Of a stretch of DNA of 64,000 nt, positions 21,801 to 31,648 are shown one piece after another (the stretch's first letter is position 1; every line of letters starts with the position of its first letter). This DNA is from Candidatus Freyarchaeum deiterrae (GTDB lineage Archaea > Asgardarchaeota > Jordiarchaeia > Jordiarchaeales > Jordiarchaeaceae). The stretch is taken from positions 2,656,001 to 2,720,000 of the forward strand of contig CP147778.1 of NCBI GenBank assembly GCA_037305845.1, written 5' to 3'. Position numbers and translations under genes: made by a program. A model generated the notes under the pieces. The model did not search any database, was not told the origin of the DNA, and saw only the letters and a program-made list of their open reading frames with translations.

Positions 21801-24714
21801 ACTACTTTTGCAAGATCTAATGATCATTTGAGTCCAATTCCAGAAATTAAGGGCTTTCAATCCTCGTTACTGAGGAACTACTTTTGCAAGCCGAAGCGTG
21901 CAGCGCGAAGGTAATTTAGGGGTGCGAACTTTCAATCCTCGTTACTGAGGAACTACTTTTGCAAGCTCTAAACTCCTTTTCCGTACTGGAATTTATAAAC
22001 CTACTTTCAATCCTCGTTACTGAGGAACTACTTTTGCAAGTATGATTTCTCGTGTCTTTTCCTCTAACTCTTCATACTCTTTCAATCCTCGTTACTGAGG
22101 AACTACTTTTGCAAGCCATTTTTGTATGATCCTCATAAATGTCGTTTTGGCATCTTTCAATCCTCGTTACTGAGGAACTACTTTTGCAAGTTCTTCAACT
22201 CCTTTTTTTTATCCTCCGGAAGCATACTTTCAATCCTCGTTACTGAGGAACTACTTTTGCAAGGACTGTTCGAGATTTTCAATACCGTAGTAATTGCAGC
22301 AACTTTCAATCCTCGTTACTGAGGAACTACTTTTGCAAGAATAAGGCTTCATCTTTTTTCAGGCTAGTTAATGTTTCTTTCAATCCTCGTTACTGAGGAA
22401 CTACTTTTGCAAGAACCATTCCACATCTTTTTTCTCTGCTCGGTCAGCGTACTTTCAATCCTCGTTACTGAGGAACTACTTTTGCAAGTTAGCGCTGCGC
22501 AGATCCCAAAAAACAATAACATCAAGCTTTCAATCCTCGTTACTGAGGAACTACTTTTGCAAGAATAGTTGCGAAGATTATGCAGCTTAGGAATGTTTCT
22601 TTCAATCCTCGTTACTGAGGAACTACTTTTGCAAGCATGTTGTAGTTCATAATTTTGTTTATGATGTGAAACTTTCAATCCTCGTTACTGAGGAACTACT
22701 TTTGCAAGTGTATTCTGCAAAGAATGTTACATCTCCTAACAGACTTTCAATCCTCGTTACTGAGGAACTACTTTTGCAAGGTATTAACCTAACCTCTATT
22801 TTTGCATCTCCTTCTTTCTTTCAATCCTCGTTACTGAGGAACTACTTTTGCAAGGATATTTCAGAGATGCGTATAATGAGAGTTCTATATTCCTTTCAAT
22901 CCTCGTTACTGAGGAACTACTTTTGCAAGCTAATTAATAATTCCTTATGTGTTGAACGGAAAGATGTCTTTCAATCCTCGTTACTGAGGAACTACTTTTG
23001 CAAGATCTTCTTTTTTAATCTTCTTTTGAAGTATCTCACTGCTTTCAATCCTCGTTACTGAGGAACTACTTTTGCAAGCCATAGTCTGCATCCCATGCCA
23101 GTCCTGCATCCACTTCTTTCAATCCTCGTTACTGAGGAACTACTTTTGCAAGGGACTACGTACCATTAGTAAACTCTACGCTTGAATACTTTCAATCCTC
23201 GTTACTGAGGAACTACTTTTGCAAGTAAACAATATCGGAGTTTTATAGCGCAGTTACAAAAATCTTTCAATCCTCGTTACTGAGGAACTACTTTTGCAAG
23301 TTATGTTTTCTATAATGTTCATTTTCTATATTAGCTTGCTTTCAATCCTCGTTACTGAGGAACTACTTTTGCAAGAGCCTATAAAAACTATTAAAAAGAA
23401 ATTGTTTCTTGTCTTTCAATCCTCGTTACTGAGGAACTACTTTTGCAAGATGACTTTTTTCATCAACTTGTATTACTGCTACATCAGACTTTCAATCCTC
23501 GTTACTGAGGAACTACTTTTGCAAGATATCTCAAAGCCCTGATTGGTTCATGTGATACTTGACTTTCAATCCTCGTTACTGAGGAACTACTTTTGCAAGG
23601 TTAAGATTCTTCAGGAGTCGAAGAGGATGAGTTTGAACTTTCAATCCTCGTTACTGAGGAACTACTTTTGCAAGTGATTTCTGTTTTCTATGAGTAGGCA
23701 TCCCAGTTCCAGCTTTCAATCCTCGTTACTGAGGAACTACTTTTGCAAGAACATCTATCTCTCAATTTTTGAGATCTCACCAGTCAGCTTTCAATCCTCG
23801 TTACTGAGGAACTACTTTTGCAAGAAAAACCTGTCAATATTTGATCACACATCAGATATTGCTTTCAATCCTCGTTACTGAGGAACTACTTTTGCAAGTA
23901 ATGAAAGAACTGGAGAGTGTGTTGAAGTGAACTCTTTCAATCCTCGTTACTGAGGAACTACTTTTGCAAGCCAATTTCCCGAAGCTCATTATTAAGCACA
24001 CCTACGTCTTTCAATCCTCGTTACTGAGGAACTACTTTTGCAAGGCTCAACGCGTACGCTAACGCATGCCTGCCGAACATCTTTCAATCCTCGTTACTGA
24101 GGAACTACTTTTGCAAGAGAGAGAAAAGGGAGAAACTCAAGGCTAATAGAAAGCTTTCAATCCTCGTTACTGAGGAACTACTTTTGCAAGAAATATCTTT
24201 TCGATTTTACTGACTTGAGGAACCTGATCTTTCAATCCTCGTTACTGAGGAACTACTTTTGCAAGTGTATCTACGTAGCGGGAGCAATCATCCAGATGAT
24301 TCCTTTCAATCCTCGTTACTGAGGAACTACTTTTGCAAGAAAAATGGGGTTTTCTCGTTCGTGGAAAGGCGAGAAACTTTCAATCCTCGTTACTGAGGAA
24401 CTACTTTTGCAAGTCGATACGGTGATAACCCCGGCATTAACCAATTCTACGCTTTCAATCCTCGTTACTGAGGAACTACTTTTGCAAGCGTGAAATGGAA
24501 TATAGAATAGACCTGGCTAAACTTACCTTTCAATCCTCGTTACTGAGGAACTACTTTTGCAAGATCCTGGGTTCCCGCAGCGAATACAAAACGGTCTATA
24601 TTCTTTCAATCCTCGTTACTGAGGAACTACTTTTGCAAGTCTACTACCAGCTTATCGGCGACGCGGCGAACTACTTGCTTTCAATCCTCGTTACTGAGGA
24701 ACTACTTTTGCAAG
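18869..24714 (-). CRISPR. CRISPR array 1: 79 repeats and 78 spacers (hand count); repeat CTTGCAAAAGTAGTTCCTCAGTAACGAGGATTGAAAG (37 nt)
   Basis: Regular repeats with unique 34-40 nt spacers. The degenerate terminal repeat at 18869, the AT-rich leader on the right and the 3' ATTGAAAG tag fix the minus orientation. Internal hairpin TCCTC/GAGGA. Confidence 0.99.
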
Positions 24715-24830
24715 GGTTATATTATATTACTTATTTTTAGATTTAGAGGCTTATAAAGGCCTCTTTTCGGAGGGTTCACTCGAACACTAGAAAAACTGCA
24801 CATGCTTTATAAATGTGTTCGAGTAACCGA
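24715..24830 (-). promoter_or_regulatory. CRISPR leader/promoter of array 1
   Basis: AT-rich. TTTATAA box at 24751-24757 (minus strand) behind purine-rich GAAAAGAGG. Second TTTATAAA at 24806-24813, flanked by the inverted repeat ACTCGAACAC/GTGTTCGAGT. Confidence 0.75.
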
Positions 24831-25303
24831 GAAGGTAGCTTACGCCTCCTTCGGCTTCTCTGAGCGTGCAGTATGTCTTCTCTATGTTGTTCCGACTTTG
24901 GGAAACCTGATTTCTGTCCTCTGGGTTTTGATAGTTTTGTTTTTCGTTTTTCTATTCTATTTTTTTCTTTAGGAGGTTTTTTGGGGTGTTTAATGGGTTT
25001 TTTTGTTGTTTTGGGTGTTTCGCGGTTTTTTCGCCGTTTAAGGTTCTCCTAAATTTCTGGTGGAAGTGATGTGGTGTTCAGGTTTTATTCATTCAACAAA
25101 AAAATTATGCGAAACAGCCGAAAGCTTCCTGATACAAAACGAGAAATCTGCCCGTATCGCGGATAATCATTCGAAAAAGAGCAATCAACGATTAGCTGGG
25201 CAGCGCCACGAAGCCTCCCCTCGAGTTGTTACTCTGTCAATCTGATTCGGTTTCCCCCCCGGGATCCCCTAATTTTCTTTTTTTGAGGGTTTGTTGGTTG
25301 TGT

Positions 25304-26378
25304 TTAGTGTTTCTTGGCTGGTGTTTTGAGGTTTTTGTTCTCCAGAATTTTCTGGTTTGTTTCGAGGAATTCCTGGAGTTCGGGGTTCTCTGTGGCGATT
25401 TTCAGTGACTCCGTGTTCCAGTGGTCCGCCTTTTTGCCTCTCCAGACGCCGTAAATTTTTGCCTTTATTTTTCCGGTTATGCCGATGACCCCGTAAGTGA
25501 TAGCTGCGGTGTAGAGGAGCAGTGCAACATCTTCCCAGTCTACCTCAGTGCTCATTGGGGGTTCTTCTTGGCGGTCGAGGCGTATTCCCTTTAGTTTGAG
25601 TGCGGTGGCTCTATCGGTGAAGGCTTCATCCTCGCTGAAGACCAGCAGGTCTACGTTTCTCTCTTTGGAGAATTTTTGCAGCACCTCAAGTATTTGCAGG
25701 TCACCCCTTCCTCCCTTCAGTTCCTCGAAGTATTCTCGTATTGACATCTTACGGTACTCCACGAAACCCATTCTAAAGAGTCGACAATCCAGCTTCAACT
25801 GGTTAAAGAACTCATCCAAGATATCACGATCCACATTAAGCGCACCACTCATCTCGGAGATATCGGATGTCTTATATTTGGCGTCGATGCCTCCCAGTTC
25901 CGCTAACACACCCTTTGAAGTCACGAACCCCGCTCTCAGTTGATTCGAATGCAGAAGATTTGAAACCAGAGTGTAGTGCCTCCTTATAAACGCGTTAGTG
26001 TCAAAAGAAATAAAGACCGATCTCTCACCCTTCAGAGGATCCCTCTCCAACTCGTCTAAAATCCTCTTCTCTATCTGAGTCCATTTCTCAGGTTTATGCA
26101 CGCCCGCGGCGAAAAACATGTTAAGGTAATCCGCTTACCCGGGAATCTCACCTACCACCTCACCACAACTCCTCCTCAGCCCCTCGTAAACATCTTTCTG
26201 TATTAAGCCACCAACTTCCGTAACCTCCCTAGGACCACTAAGAGTAACCCAAAAACAATTCCCGGTCAAGAAGTTGATCAAGCAGAAAAGACTTCACCCT
26301 AAACGAATTAGCACCATTCAGAAACAAACCATTCAAAAACAGAAAAAAATCCCCAAGCGGAACAAAAAACTCATTCAC
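25304..26378 (-). pseudogene. PIN-domain ribonuclease with disrupted 5' part
   Basis: ISFDTNAFIRR, GVLAEL, RGDLQIL and FSEDEAF acidic PIN motifs lie in 25304..26119. The original GTG start at 26378 overlaps the CARF stop and is followed by two frameshifts and a TAA (GEIPG*ADYLNMFFAAG). Confidence 0.75.
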
Positions 26379-26871
26379 CAGAACCCCACCCCTCCCTCAC
26401 ACAGTCCAAAACGTTAACCAGCCTCTGCTGATTAAAGGGAATCAAAATGTACGGTCTATCCTGATAAGCAGCATTGAAAAGATACAAGTAGTACAATTTA
26501 CTCACATTAAACTTCTGCCCCCTATCCGCCATCGCAACCGCCATAGCACACGCACTCATAAACTTCCTACCCGGAGTCATATCAACTGCAATCTCGTTAC
26601 CAGCCTCCGACCGAGCAACACCCATGAAAACCTTAGCAAAAGCGTCCATATCCTCCTCATCACAATCATGCTCCTCGAAAACAGGCACAACACCATAACA
26701 CCCCAAAACCCTAACCAGCCAATCCCTCACAGGAGCAACATTACGCTCAACCTTCCCATTCTTCAAAAGATGAACCCTCCCAGACACCAAACCATCACGA
26801 ATACAAGCAGCCCAAAGAGGATTAACAACCACAAAAACACTCGAACCAACCGTAGTAACCCAAACCCTCAT
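26371..26871 (-). CDS. Stand-alone CARF-domain protein (166 aa)
   Basis: Motif I (WVTTVGSS) and motif II (IAVDMTPGRKFMS) of the CARF fold; no fused effector. Confidence 0.85.
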   Translation of the reverse strand: MRVWVTTVGSSVFVVVNPLWAACIRDGLVSGRVHLLKNGKVERNVAPVRDWLVRVLGCYGVVPVFEEHDCDEEDMDAFAKVFMGVARSEAGNEIAVDMTPGRKFMSACAMAVAMADRGQKFNVSKLYYLYLFNAAYQDRPYILIPFNQQRLVNVLDCVREGWGSGE

Positions 26872-27146
26872 AAAACCCCAAACTCCTACAAAAACAACAC
26901 CAAACTAAAAAATATTTAATTTTCAACCCTTAAAAACCTTTACATGAACCGACAAAAAATAATTCCACCTTATCTAATCCCCATTTATCCCCCAATAAAA
27001 GAAAATGAGGTATCAATTGAGATTTCTGGCAAGTTTACCCAGACTAGCAAGAAAAAGGAAACCATGCAAAATTTAGAAAGAAAAGGTTACACACCCGGCT
27101 GAGAGCAATCTAACCTATGAGTTGCAAAATCCAATGAGCCCATAAA

Positions 27147-27242
27147 GTTTCAATCCCTTATAGGTAGGCTCCAAACTCTAAATGAAAAAAGAATAGAGTT
27201 CATGGCAGAGCAGTTTCAATCCCTTATAGGTAGGCTCCAAAC
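27147..27242 (-). CRISPR. CRISPR mini-array 2: 2 repeats and 1 spacer; repeat GTTTGGAGCCTACCTATAAGGGATTGAAAC (30 nt)
   Basis: Two identical 30-mers (27147-27176 and 27213-27242) around a 36-nt spacer. 3' ATTGAAAC tag; sits just downstream of the type III operon with a non-coding leader-like gap. Confidence 0.85.
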
Positions 27243-27586
27243 CAAGCGTATTTTCGCTTCTTTTGGCAATTGGAGGATTTTTAAAGCTTCTTTTGGGGAT
27301 GCCTTGTTGCATAATTATTTATGTGCTTATTCGATTTTTAAGGTACGAGGCAATTTTAAAACATGTATTTAGAGATGTTTGAAAGCGTCCAGCCCACTTA
27401 TGTAATCAATAAACAATGTAAAATTGTGTAACAAGGCTCTTCGAACAGTAGACTCGTGGGAAGGTGGCGAAAGTTGAATGGGTGTGTGGTAAGGTTGTAA
27501 AGTTTGAGGATGATTTCTGGTGGAGGGTGTGTTTTTTAGAGTGATTATGGTTATCGTTTCTTTTTGTTTTCTCCTTTTGAATTAAA

Positions 27587-29380
27587 TTATGAGGGTAAGC
27601 CTTCGTTGTCCTCGGAGGCGATCTTTAGGGGGATTCCCTGTTTTTTATTTTTTACGAACCATTGGAAGTTTCTTCCTTCTACGCCGGGTTTTTCTGAGGT
27701 TCTTGGATAGTGTACAGTCAAACCAGAGGAAGGTGCACTTAGTATCGCTTTAAGGTCTTTGACGTTTTCCAATTCTTCGAAAGTTTTGTTGTATTTATTT
27801 TCCATGGCTTGTTTGAATGAATTTTTGCATTCTTTTATTTTTTGGTTGGTTATTTTTTTCCATTCGGTGTTTGAATAGGATGCGTATCTTTCTTTTATAT
27901 TAAGTATACTGATGTTCTCTATGGATATTTTTACGCTTCCAAATCCTAGTGGCTTTGCTAATCCTAATTTGTGGTGCATTTCATCCTCCATTTCTATTGA
28001 CCAGAGCAGTGCTCCAAGTTCTACTGGTGCCAGGTTTTCGAATTCTATTGTAAACTGGAATTTGGCACCGGGGTTTAAGGCGTCTCTGATTGTTCGATTT
28101 TGCTTGTCTATTATTATATTGTCTGTCCGGATGTATTCCTGTTCTTTGGCTTCGGTTTGGTGCCTGTAGAATTTTCTACCCCTTAACTGTGCACCGGGTG
28201 TATCGTAAGTTACGGATAACTTTGGCTTTCCTTTTTCAAAAAGGTAGAAATATGTTGTGGTGGGTTTCGGCGTAGATAGAATTGCACATGGGAATTCTTT
28301 TTGGTGGTCTTTGTTTTCTACTATTTTTGCGTGGCTTATTCTGATTCTTCCCGCGTAGGATACCTTCATTTCAAGTTCTTTAGATGGGTTTTGATGCACC
28401 CAGCCGAATACTCTGCAAGCGGGGCAGAGTTCGTTATAATCTGAGCAGGGATGAAATTCTTTTGGGAGTAGGTCGCCAATAGACTTACTAAAAGGTTTAC
28501 GATAAATCTGAGCATAACCGAATTCGTTTATCTTTTTTCTATTCTTTCCTACTCTAAACCATATTGTATCTCCTGGTCGGGGATACTTTGTATGTTCGTG
28601 TCTATTGTTTCTATTCGCGATAACATAGTTTTGGTACGTTTCATAGGATAATTCGAAGTATGTTGATGAATTATCATCGACAAATACACACTCGTTTCTT
28701 TTTTGAGTTGAACCGGGTATTCCTTTATCGCTTGTTTTTAGATAACCTTCCAAGTAGCCTCCAGTATTTTTTTCTTTTGCATTATATTCTTTTACCTCAG
28801 ATACTTCATTATTATCAATCTTTACTAGGACCTTTTTCCCATTCATCCTGAAATTATTCGTGTAACGAGGAAATCTGTTATGGGGTAATCTGTATGCTTT
28901 CATTTGTTTAACGCGTCCAAGTTTATTTTCACTTTTAGGAATTTCTATTATCAGCCCCGCAATAAGTGGTGTTTCATCGTATTCTTCAGGTCTTTCTCTT
29001 TTCCCTAAAAGTCCCCCTTCAAAAATCGAAAAACAGGAATTGGTAGCGGCTTCGAATACACTCCTCAATGTTCCCCTCAAAGTTGTGGAGGGTATTGCAA
29101 AATATTCTTGCCCATTTTCATTTAGTCTGAAGAATCTGTATGACTTGTGTTCTTTCACTTTGTCATTAACATGAACCTCTTCGGGGTCTGATACGAAAAT
29201 TGGTGTAACAGCCTTTAGTTCGCATTCTATCCTGCCGGTTAATCCTATGAATCTGTCGTGCGGCGGCGGGGCGCATTTTCCTAAAAGTTTATTCTCGGGC
29301 GTATCTTTCTCTTTTCCTTGAGGTAAATATCTTACAAAGTTGTATGGATTTAGGAATCTGTGACTACTCATTTTCATCAT
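27587..29380 (-). CDS. cas7: Type III-D Cas7 with large insertion (TIGR03986-like RAMP)
   Basis: FLNPYNFV N-terminus, IPSTTLRGTLRSVFEA, CPACRVFG, RGRKFY and the HKLGLAKPLGFGS G-loop. Confidence 0.93.
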   Translation of the reverse strand: MMKMSSHRFLNPYNFVRYLPQGKEKDTPENKLLGKCAPPPHDRFIGLTGRIECELKAVTPIFVSDPEEVHVNDKVKEHKSYRFFRLNENGQEYFAIPSTTLRGTLRSVFEAATNSCFSIFEGGLLGKRERPEEYDETPLIAGLIIEIPKSENKLGRVKQMKAYRLPHNRFPRYTNNFRMNGKKVLVKIDNNEVSEVKEYNAKEKNTGGYLEGYLKTSDKGIPGSTQKRNECVFVDDNSSTYFELSYETYQNYVIANRNNRHEHTKYPRPGDTIWFRVGKNRKKINEFGYAQIYRKPFSKSIGDLLPKEFHPCSDYNELCPACRVFGWVHQNPSKELEMKVSYAGRIRISHAKIVENKDHQKEFPCAILSTPKPTTTYFYLFEKGKPKLSVTYDTPGAQLRGRKFYRHQTEAKEQEYIRTDNIIIDKQNRTIRDALNPGAKFQFTIEFENLAPVELGALLWSIEMEDEMHHKLGLAKPLGFGSVKISIENISILNIKERYASYSNTEWKKITNQKIKECKNSFKQAMENKYNKTFEELENVKDLKAILSAPSSGLTVHYPRTSEKPGVEGRNFQWFVKNKKQGIPLKIASEDNEGLPS

Positions 29381-29381
29381 C

Positions 29382-29945
29382 TCACTTAATTTCTAGGAAC
29401 CATACAAAGGAGATTACTCCCTGTTCGCTCAATGTTTTGTAGTGTATCTTTGCAAAGTTCGAGTTGCCTTTTACAGGGTAGGAGAGTCTTGCCTTTGCGA
29501 CTCTGTCTTCTTGCCATATACTTCTTTTCGGATCGTATGTTCTTCCCCAGAGGAGTGCTTCTTTTTTTTCTATGAAAAACTTCTTGTCAGGATTCTTTTT
29601 CCAGAAGTCCTCTCCGTTTGTATTTTTTGGTGGATTGTTATTGCCTATGTATCTCCATATGAAACGATTTGTATCTCTCCTTAGATCTAGATCTCCGTCT
29701 TGTCCGAAAATGCGTATTCTTTCGACTTGGTTCGAAGGTATTTTGGAAAAGTCAAAATTCTTTTTAATGATTATTTCTTTGAGTGTCTCTAAAATTGTGA
29801 ATGGCATATTTGAGAAATTCCACTTGCTAATAAATTGTTGTAAACTATTTTCCTCTATCTCGCTGCCCCAAATTTGAATATCGTTTTTTGATATTCTATT
29901 TTCTTCAAGCAAATCATTTATTTTCTTACTAAAATCAGTGCTCAC
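29382..29945 (-). CDS. csx19: Type III-D subunit Csx19
   Basis: Lies between cas7-7 and cas7-insert; RIRIFG..GDL and LLWG...ARLSYP motifs. Confidence 0.8.
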   Translation of the reverse strand: MSTDFSKKINDLLEENRISKNDIQIWGSEIEENSLQQFISKWNFSNMPFTILETLKEIIIKKNFDFSKIPSNQVERIRIFGQDGDLDLRRDTNRFIWRYIGNNNPPKNTNGEDFWKKNPDKKFFIEKKEALLWGRTYDPKRSIWQEDRVAKARLSYPVKGNSNFAKIHYKTLSEQGVISFVWFLEIK

Positions 29946-31648
29946 ATCACCACCTCCCTGGGATAGAGTTTGTCAATATCTTCTTTGAAATAGGTGTCTG
30001 AGGAAGGAACCATGCCTTTCACTCTAGTGAATTTTTGTAATTCGTTATGAAACTCTTTTATCCAAGACTCAACTGGCTTTTTCGGTTCCGTGGTTAGTTC
30101 TTCAAAATTCCATATTCTGGTATTAAAAAAACCATCAAAGGAGTTATTCATTTTAAGTCCTGTTGGGATATATTCATTTGTGATGGTTCCAATCTTTATT
30201 TTTTCGTCTTTTGTTATCGTCTTTCCAAACCATTTGTTTTGCCCGAATCCTACTGAGAAAAGTCCTTCTTTAAGGTCTCTTAAAACGAGCAACAGCCATC
30301 CCAACTGCCACTCTTTGGGGTTTTCAAGTAGCATACTGACTTTAAAGGTTGGCTGCCATAGGGCTAGTGCGTCAAATTTTGCTCCCTCTCTTCCGCCACC
30401 TGTAAATCTGTCGATTGCTAAAAAGTCCATTGTTTTTATTTCAATTTTATCTGAGAGTGGCAGATATCCATCTCTTATGTATAACTGGCTGCCTTTATAT
30501 GAACTGCCGAAAAGTCTGCATGCAAGGCATAGCTGCTCGTCTTTTACCTCTTCTTCGGGTGATTTTCTATTTTTACGAAATAGAGTATTACAGGAGGTTA
30601 AGGGGCTATTTTCGTCGGCGTGAGGATTACATGCTGGACATCTTGCAAGGAAGTCATTGCCGTTTTTGCTGTTCAGAGTGGTTAGGCTTCTTGCAATTTT
30701 TTCGGCTTGGGAGCGTAAGACTCCCCGTAACGATGATCCGGGAAGTACGAAGTTGCCATTTTCCATTTTGGGACAAAAATCGAAATTAGATCGGACTGAA
30801 CTTAATATATCATTTACGACAAAGCCGCCAGTGAATTGAAGAGTGAAGTCAATCTGAGCAAAAGAATTGTAGAGGTGGTCATTGTCAACGTTAAGTTTTT
30901 GTTCTTTTACCGTTTTCTCTATTAGTTTTTTTGCTTCGTCTAAATGGTTGCTTAGCCAGCCTTTCTCTTCAGTTCCTGTTTTAATCAGGTCATCTTCTCT
31001 CAAAAAAGTCATCAATCGATCAATGGATAATAAGTTTAAGTTATAGACTTTAACATCCTCTAATTGCATGTTACCTAATCCTCTGGCTACGTCGCCCCCA
31101 AGATTGCCCCTTCCACGTGACCATTCCGAAAGAATAGATGCCAAAAGACATTCTTGTTCCCTAGAGACATTATCCTGAAGATCAATTCGAAAAGTAAATA
31201 CTGAATCCTTCGGAACAATTTCAAAATCATACTTTGCGCGTATTGTACGCGCTGAGGATTTTGATTCCCTATCAATGCCTACCCCGTCTCTGATAGAGGT
31301 CCTCGCGTCGCTCGTTAAAACAGCGTTGTATACCCATATCTTTGAAGCTTTGGCTTTTTCTTCATCCAAATCTTCGCTAGGATTAATTGATCCAAACAAA
31401 TCGCAAATACGGCAGTCACAAAAATCGTCTGAAGGTGGTTCAAGTGCGAGGCACTTGTCAAACCCTAAGTGGGGCGCAATTCTTGTAGTTAATGTTCTTA
31501 AAGCGCCCGCAATTGCAGTTCCGGGGATAAGGATGTCTCCTATGACATCTCTAAATATTGGTAGATCTGTGGTTTCGGTCCTATCTCCAGTGCCTATATG
31601 AATTCCGGTTAATGCCCTTAACTTCCCAGAGATTATTTTCTTAATCAT
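29942..31648 (-). CDS. cas7: Type III-D Cas7-Cas7 (double RAMP) fusion
   Basis: Two RAMP units: HIGTG...IPGTAIAGALR...LGGDVARGLG and LPGSSLRGVLRSQAEKI...CLACRLFG...VGFGQNKWFG. Start at MIKK behind AGGAGG. Confidence 0.92.
   Translation of the reverse strand: MIKKIISGKLRALTGIHIGTGDRTETTDLPIFRDVIGDILIPGTAIAGALRTLTTRIAPHLGFDKCLALEPPSDDFCDCRICDLFGSINPSEDLDEEKAKASKIWVYNAVLTSDARTSIRDGVGIDRESKSSARTIRAKYDFEIVPKDSVFTFRIDLQDNVSREQECLLASILSEWSRGRGNLGGDVARGLGNMQLEDVKVYNLNLLSIDRLMTFLREDDLIKTGTEEKGWLSNHLDEAKKLIEKTVKEQKLNVDNDHLYNSFAQIDFTLQFTGGFVVNDILSSVRSNFDFCPKMENGNFVLPGSSLRGVLRSQAEKIARSLTTLNSKNGNDFLARCPACNPHADENSPLTSCNTLFRKNRKSPEEEVKDEQLCLACRLFGSSYKGSQLYIRDGYLPLSDKIEIKTMDFLAIDRFTGGGREGAKFDALALWQPTFKVSMLLENPKEWQLGWLLLVLRDLKEGLFSVGFGQNKWFGKTITKDEKIKIGTITNEYIPTGLKMNNSFDGFFNTRIWNFEELTTEPKKPVESWIKEFHNELQKFTRVKGMVPSSDTYFKEDIDKLYPREVVM

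Noticed and set aside
18906-24677. Self-targeting spacers
   Set aside because: No convincing match within the window by eye; only a short partial resemblance of the spacer at ~23750 to ~41065.
19030-24740. Short ORFs with repeated LSILVTEELLLQ / FQSSLLRNYFCK / CKSSSSVTRIE peptides
   Set aside because: They are translations of the CRISPR repeat.
27243-27586. Possible cas2 remnant downstream of cas7-insert
   Set aside because: Only a few residues (ETITIITL) of weak resemblance; no supportable ORF.
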